DNA of 10,257 nucleotides from a virus (Duplodnaviria; Heunggongvirae; Uroviricota; Caudoviricetes): IMG/VR virus record IMGVR_UViG_3300002854_000123, positions 1 to 10,257 of that record; one strand, 5' to 3'. Shown piece by piece: positions 6,523 to 10,257 of this stretch (position 1 is its first letter; each line of letters starts with the position of its first letter). The notes under the pieces were generated by a model. It saw only the letters and a program-made list of their open reading frames with translations, ran no database searches and was not told where the DNA came from. The position numbers and the translations under genes were made by a program.

Positions 6523-6547
6523 AGCGTATGTGCTCCTGCTCGGGTTA

Positions 6548-6925
6548 CTACCAATTATTGGGTTGAATTCCGTGGTTAACGACCTGTTCATGAGCCTCTA
6601 AGGACTTCTTCAAATCCTTCTGCTGAACAGCCATCAAAAGACTTTCTGCATACATGATGCCTTGGCGGATATTCATCAAGCCCACACTGGCTCCAGCGGC
6701 ATCAAGATCGTGTTTTTCAGTTACTAGACGCTCGATCTCATGATTAAGAGCTTCTGCGCCTTCCTTCATTTTAGCCAATGTATCCTTAAGCTCTTCAAAA
6801 CTCGGATTTGTCAGCTCATAAAGACCTTCCATACCATGAACTGAAAAAAGTGATCCTAACGATTCCAGTGCATAGACAATCGACGCAATAGCCTTGTCAT
6901 ATGCATCCTTTTCTTCTTGTAACAT
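6548..6925 (-). CDS. Hypothetical helical protein (125 aa) in the AT-rich moron region
   Basis: ORF with AGGA 7 nt upstream of the ATG, preceded by a long AT-rich non-coding region. No family recognised. Confidence 0.5.
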   Translation of the reverse strand: MLQEEKDAYDKAIASIVYALESLGSLFSVHGMEGLYELTNPSFEELKDTLAKMKEGAEALNHEIERLVTEKHDLDAAGASVGLMNIRQGIMYAESLLMAVQQKDLKKSLEAHEQVVNHGIQPNNW

Positions 6926-7264
6926 TGTAGATCCTGACCGTGTGTATGCAGTTTAAAAGTGGTCAATCATCATACTCTCATGATGGGGACAATCAAGATC
7001 AATTTCAATAGTCAAAGTCTGATAGTTGTGATAGCGCGCGCCTTTACAACCCTTTCAAAAACAATGCATCAACTGGTCTTAATTTATACACTTAAAATCG
7101 GCAAATGGAATACAAACTTTATGATGATATTTTTCAGTCTATGTGAACAACGAGAATTTTAGTTAACGATTCTCAGTAAGTTAAGCCTAGCACAAGGAAG
7201 CGAAAGAAATGTGAAATAGGTAATTGTTTTGTAAATCAACAAATAAGAATTGTTGTTTGGCATG

Positions 7265-7528
7265 CTATCCATTTTTCCTAACAGTCGGGAACTCAGCAAC
7301 CAACCACATATCTGATTCTTCAAACATCTCCTCCAGCATGCGGTTCAACTTTTCCCGATCGCTTTTGCTGGCATCACTATTCAAGCCGTTCGCCTGCATC
7401 GGCTTTACCTTCACTTCTGCATCAGGAAAAATCTGGTGCACACGCTTTGTTAGCTCAGCCAGGATGATCTCTCTGGCCCCTTGGAGCCCTTCCAAATTTC
7501 GCTTGTCATAAACCAGTTCAACAAACAT
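7265..7528 (-). CDS. DinI-family (DNA-damage-inducible protein I-like) protein, 87 aa
   Basis: Aligns by eye to E. coli DinI: N-terminal M-x-hydrophobic-E-hydrophobic, central FPD, C-terminal acidic EEMFEESDMWLVAE resembling the DinI WESADDWFVSE motif. AAGAGG RBS 6 nt upstream. LexA box in its promoter region. Confidence 0.7.
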   Translation of the reverse strand: MFVELVYDKRNLEGLQGAREIILAELTKRVHQIFPDAEVKVKPMQANGLNSDASKSDREKLNRMLEEMFEESDMWLVAEFPTVRKNG

Positions 7529-7585
7529 ACCGATCCTCTTATAAGTGAAAAATTGCCTGTGCTTGATCTGTTATTATAGAAATAC

Positions 7586-7605
7586 TACTGTATATGTATA
7601 CAGTC
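7586..7605. promoter_or_regulatory. LexA (SOS) box in the divergent promoter region
   Basis: TACTGTATATGTATACAGTC is a near-consensus CTGT-N8-ACAG palindrome. It lies 58 nt upstream of the DinI-like start (minus strand) and 24 nt upstream of the ATG at 7629 (plus strand). A perfect TATAAT on the minus strand (rc of 7573-7578) lies just downstream of the box. Confidence 0.7.
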
Positions 7606-7628
7606 AATAAGTGAGTGAGGGTGTGTTC

Positions 7629-7868
7629 ATGCCTCGTCAACCGGATATTCGTGCTGCTTTTATTGCGGCCATACAGCAAAACCCGAAGGGCTATCTCTGC
7701 CTGCATACAGACAGATTCATCACTGAACTGCAGGAGAGGCACTGGCATTTCAGCCAGGCGGATGCAAATTCATGGATCAAACGATACCAGCCAGACTTCG
7801 CCGATAAGACGACAAACGGAAGTGAGAACCGATACTGGATCCTGCGTAACATGGGGAGGGTTTTCTAA
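7629..7868 (+). CDS. Hypothetical small protein (79 aa), first gene of an overlapping two-gene operon
   Basis: ATG at 7629 with GAGGG SD about 8 nt upstream (the ORF-track start at 7611 is GTG). Its stop overlaps the next start (TAATG). Confidence 0.5.
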   Translation: MPRQPDIRAAFIAAIQQNPKGYLCLHTDRFITELQERHWHFSQADANSWIKRYQPDFADKTTNGSENRYWILRNMGRVF

Positions 7869-8188
7869 TGGGGTTTCCATCTCCAGCCATGGATTACCAG
7901 GAGCAGCGCATGACGATAGATGTTATCTGCAGTGTAGATAACAACTGCCGGATTATTGAAACTTCATGCGGCTGGGCCGTTATAAACGTCAGTCTTAAGC
8001 CAGAAGGAGGGGATACGTTGCTGGTTAGCATGGACGGGAGAAACCAGTTCGTGAAGCTAATGGGCCACGCGCTGATCACTCAAGATGGTGAAGCGATAGA
8101 AGGGGAAGCTTTGAATGACGTAATGGTACACGGCGTTCTTACACATACACTTAACCAAGTTAAAGACGATAAATCGCCTGTAATGTAG
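7868..8188 (+). CDS. Hypothetical small protein (106 aa), second gene of the overlapping two-gene operon
   Basis: ATG overlaps the upstream TAA; GGGGAGGG SD upstream; followed by a terminator hairpin at 8201-8221. Confidence 0.5.
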   Translation: MGFPSPAMDYQEQRMTIDVICSVDNNCRIIETSCGWAVINVSLKPEGGDTLLVSMDGRNQFVKLMGHALITQDGEAIEGEALNDVMVHGVLTHTLNQVKDDKSPVM

Positions 8189-8200
8189 CGTGTAAATGTC

Positions 8201-8221
8201 GGGGGTTATTCCCCCATTTTT
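8201..8221 (+). terminator. Rho-independent terminator of the small two-gene operon
   Basis: ggggg-ttatt-ccccc followed by attttt, 13 nt after the TAG stop. Confidence 0.55.
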
Positions 8222-8251
8222 CCCCAATGATTCCCCGTACAAATTTCAAAC

Positions 8252-8281
8252 AAAAAAAACCAGCCATAAGAGGCTGGTTTT
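8252..8281 (-). terminator. Rho-independent terminator downstream of tRNA-Pro (bidirectional appearance)
   Basis: On the minus strand ccagcc-tcttat-ggctgg is followed by U8 (top-strand A-run 8252-8259). On the plus strand the same stem is followed by tttt. Confidence 0.6.
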
Positions 8282-8292
8282 CAATGTGTTTT

Positions 8293-8369
8293 TGGTCGGC
8301 ACGAGAGGATTTGAACCTCCGACCCCCGACACCCCATGACGGTGCGCTACCAGGCTGCGCTACGTGCCG
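8293..8369 (-). tRNA. proL: tRNA-Pro (anticodon GGG), 77 nt including 3' CCA
   Basis: Reverse complement reads CGGCACG-TA-GCGC-AGCCTGGTA-GCGC-A-CCGTC-ATGGGGT-GTCGG-...-GGAGG-TTCAAAT-CCTCT-CGTGCCG-ACCA: cloverleaf with 7-bp acceptor stem, anticodon loop AU-GGG-GU with G37, T-loop TTCAAAT. Adjacent to yejM as at the E. coli proL locus. Confidence 0.9.
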
Positions 8370-8381
8370 ACGCATAAAAAG

Positions 8382-8409
8382 ATACTACTCGATTCCGTTT
8401 CGAATGCAA
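8382..8409 (-). promoter_or_regulatory. Putative sigma-70 promoter of proL (TTGCAT-N16-TAGTAT)
   Basis: Read on the minus strand: -35 TTGCAT (rc of 8404-8409), 16-nt spacer, -10 TAGTAT (rc of 8382-8387), about 9 nt before the mature tRNA 5' end. Confidence 0.4.
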
Positions 8410-8440
8410 GAGAATCTGTCGCTAACTGGTTTATAATTAA

Positions 8441-10201
8441 TCAGTTAGCGATAAAGCGCTTCTCATCCGTCAGGACCTGCAGCAACAGGCTCAGCTGCGG
8501 TTTCTGGTCCTTCAACCGTTCACCCTGTAGATTATACGTCTGGTAATTTCCGTTACTGTTCAGCACCAGCGTCAGCGTCGGTGTGGTCACCGCCAGCGTG
8601 TTACCGTCTGCTGATGTCACCCAATTATGGCGGCGCGCGGCGCTGAAGAGATCCTGCCCCTGCGAATACTCGTTTGCTGGCGTACTGACGTGCAGCAGGC
8701 GTTGCATCAGGGTCGTCATAACATCTTTATGTTCAGTGAGCATATTGATGCGCTGCGCCGGCGTTCCCGGCCAGTGGATCACCAGCGGTACATGCAGGTT
8801 CGGGCGTGACCAGCTCATGCTCTTCGTTTCGTCGCCGAGCGGTACACCATGGCCTGCGGTCACAATCACGACAGTGTTATCGAGCTTGCCTGATTCGCGT
8901 AGCGCGTCAAGAACGCGGCCGATCTGCGCGTCAACATTGCTGGCCGCACGGCTGTATCGACGGGCAAAGCCAGTCTGGTTGCTGTCGTCAAGCGTGGTGC
9001 CGTTAAAGGCCACCCACGAGAACCAGCGGTTATCTTCCTGGGCGTAGCGCTGCAGCCAGTTTATCCACTGGTTTGCGGTCTGGGTATCAGACTGGCTCTG
9101 CGCAGCAGGCAGCGAGAAATCAGACAACAGCGCCTGGCGGTAGAGTGGGCTGTTAAAGCCATCGGATGAGAACAACCCTAACTGATAGCCTTGCTGATTC
9201 AGTCCGGTAATAAGCGCCGCAGGAATGCGCGCAGCCAGTACGCCATCCATGTATCCGGCAGAAATGCCATAGAACAGGCCAAAGATGCCCGCATCGGTAG
9301 TGTTCCCGGAACTCATATGCTGGGTGAACGAGACGTTTTGACTCGCGAAATCGGCCAGCGCAGGCATCTGCTTCTCGTAACGGGAATAGTTCAGACCATC
9401 GACGGTAATCAGCAGGACGTTTTGTCCGCGGCCCATATCGCGATAGCGCAGTTCACTCAGCGGATACTGAACGCTGACCGCTTCCGGATTACCTTGTTCG
9501 ACCAGACGACGCTGATACTCCTGGGCATCTAACAGGCCGTGTTTCTCAAGGAAACGACGGGCCGTCATTGGGTACGAGAGCGGCAGGTTGGCACGCTGCA
9601 TCGTAATGGGGCGATAGAAGTTCGCATCCGCCCAGATGTACATGATGTGCGAACTGATAAATGAGATGAAAAAGAGTGCGGCGACGGGTTTCGCGTAGTG
9701 GCGGCGTCGGGTCAGGCTGCGGAGCTTTTGCCAGCTCCAGGTGGCGAACAACATCTCAATCAGCAGGATCACCGGGACGCTGATAAACATCAGCTGCCAG
9801 TCACGAGCCGTTTCGTTCTGGTCAGGGTTGATCACCAGTTCCCAGACGATAGGGTTAAGATGCAGGTGGAAACGGGTGAACACTTCACTGTCGATAAGCA
9901 GCAGCGTCATCCCTGCTGTGGCAAGGATTGCGGATAAGAACCGCATCAGACGCTGCGACATGACGATAAACGTCAGAGGAAACAGGATCAGCAGATAGGT
10001 GGCGAATACCAAAAAGCTAAAGTGACCGACAACGCTTATCCAGGAGTAGATACGCCCGGTTAGCGTGGTTGGCCAGTCTGCGACAAACAGATAACGACAG
10101 CCAATCACCGCCGCTAACAGAATGTTAAACAGGGCAAACCAGTGTCCCCAGCTGACCATCTGGGAGACTTTTTCACGGTAGCGCTGACGATTCGTCACCA
10201 T
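8441..10201 (-). CDS. yejM: Inner-membrane cardiolipin-transport / LPS-regulatory protein YejM (PbgA/LapC), sulfatase-like periplasmic domain, 586 aa
   Basis: Full-length 586-aa ORF. The N-terminus MVTNRQRYREKVSQMVSWGHWFALFNILL and C-terminus KPQLSLLLQVLTDEKRFIAN closely match my recollection of E. coli YejM. Five N-terminal TM segments followed by a periplasmic domain. Confidence 0.93.
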   Translation of the reverse strand: MVTNRQRYREKVSQMVSWGHWFALFNILLAAVIGCRYLFVADWPTTLTGRIYSWISVVGHFSFLVFATYLLILFPLTFIVMSQRLMRFLSAILATAGMTLLLIDSEVFTRFHLHLNPIVWELVINPDQNETARDWQLMFISVPVILLIEMLFATWSWQKLRSLTRRRHYAKPVAALFFISFISSHIMYIWADANFYRPITMQRANLPLSYPMTARRFLEKHGLLDAQEYQRRLVEQGNPEAVSVQYPLSELRYRDMGRGQNVLLITVDGLNYSRYEKQMPALADFASQNVSFTQHMSSGNTTDAGIFGLFYGISAGYMDGVLAARIPAALITGLNQQGYQLGLFSSDGFNSPLYRQALLSDFSLPAAQSQSDTQTANQWINWLQRYAQEDNRWFSWVAFNGTTLDDSNQTGFARRYSRAASNVDAQIGRVLDALRESGKLDNTVVIVTAGHGVPLGDETKSMSWSRPNLHVPLVIHWPGTPAQRINMLTEHKDVMTTLMQRLLHVSTPANEYSQGQDLFSAARRHNWVTSADGNTLAVTTPTLTLVLNSNGNYQTYNLQGERLKDQKPQLSLLLQVLTDEKRFIAN

Positions 10202-10220
10202 AAACTGTTGTTCGTTTCCC

Positions 10221-10257
10221 TTAATGGGCCTGGTCGTTGCTGACGGATGACTGTAAC
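10221..10257 (-). CDS. yejL: 3' end of yejL-like gene (UPF0352 family), truncated by window edge
   Basis: Minus-strand frame ends ...LQSSVSNDQAH-stop (TAA = rc of 10221-10223), 19 nt upstream of the yejM ATG. This matches my recollection of the E. coli YejL C-terminus (...SINEDKAH) and the yejL-yejM operon arrangement. Only 11 codons are visible. Confidence 0.5.
   Translation of the reverse strand, partial: LQSSVSNDQAH

Noticed and set aside
6959-7162. 67-aa plus-strand ORF in the AT-rich intergenic region
   Set aside because: Very AT-rich, low-complexity translation with no SD. Most likely non-coding.
7224-7511. 95-aa plus-strand ORF antisense to the DinI-like gene
   Set aside because: The DinI-family reading on the minus strand has clear family motifs and an RBS. 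The plus-strand ORF is its shadow.
7611-7941. ORF-track starts at GTG 7611 (85 aa) and the alternative-frame 108-aa ORF at 7615
   Set aside because: ATG 7629 with a correctly spaced GAGGG SD is the better start. The 108-aa frame overlaps both coupled genes out of frame.
7894-8436. Small ORFs on both strands across the tRNA and terminator region (7894-8079 minus, 8057-8242 minus, 8160-8375 minus, 8227-8436 plus)
   Set aside because: They overlap the tRNA-Pro gene, its terminators or the better-supported 106-aa gene.
8583-9998. Plus-strand ORFs inside yejM (8583-9047, 8627-8809, 8806-9006, 9191-9532, 9698-9937, 9741-9998)
   Set aside because: Antisense to a full-length, clearly recognised YejM/PbgA CDS.
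1-10257. CRISPR arrays, rRNA genes, IS elements or transposases
   Set aside because: No direct-repeat/spacer periodicity, no rRNA-like sequence and no transposase-like ORF. The only recombinase is the serine invertase.

Overview
This window is a chromosome–prophage junction from an enterobacterial genome. The right end (8293–10257, minus strand) is host core: the 3' end of yejL, a complete yejM (pbgA/lapC) and tRNA-Pro(GGG) (proL) with its promoter and terminator. The left ~8.2 kb is the tail-fibre end of a prophage: the C-terminus of a J-like tail tip protein, a coupled hypothetical gene, and a tail-fibre gene (1725–3011). That tail-fibre gene sits in a multi-site DNA inversion system. I find three gix/mix-like crossover sites (A inside the gene, B at its stop codon, C inverted just upstream of a Gin/Hin/Pin/Cin-family serine invertase), all in the same codon phase, so three alternative C-terminal cassettes can be fused in-frame to one N-terminal domain. 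Two of the cassettes are promoterless and carry SD-x-R-x-K intramolecular-chaperone (peptidase S74-type) motifs. An AT-rich DUF2971-like cargo gene lies inside the invertible segment. Between the invertase and proL is an AT-rich moron region: a 125-aa gene followed by a 36-aa ORF, a DinI-family gene with a near-consensus LexA box in its divergent promoter, and a translationally coupled pair of small genes of unknown function. No CRISPR array, rRNA or transposase is seen. All family assignments are from motif recognition by eye; no searches were run.
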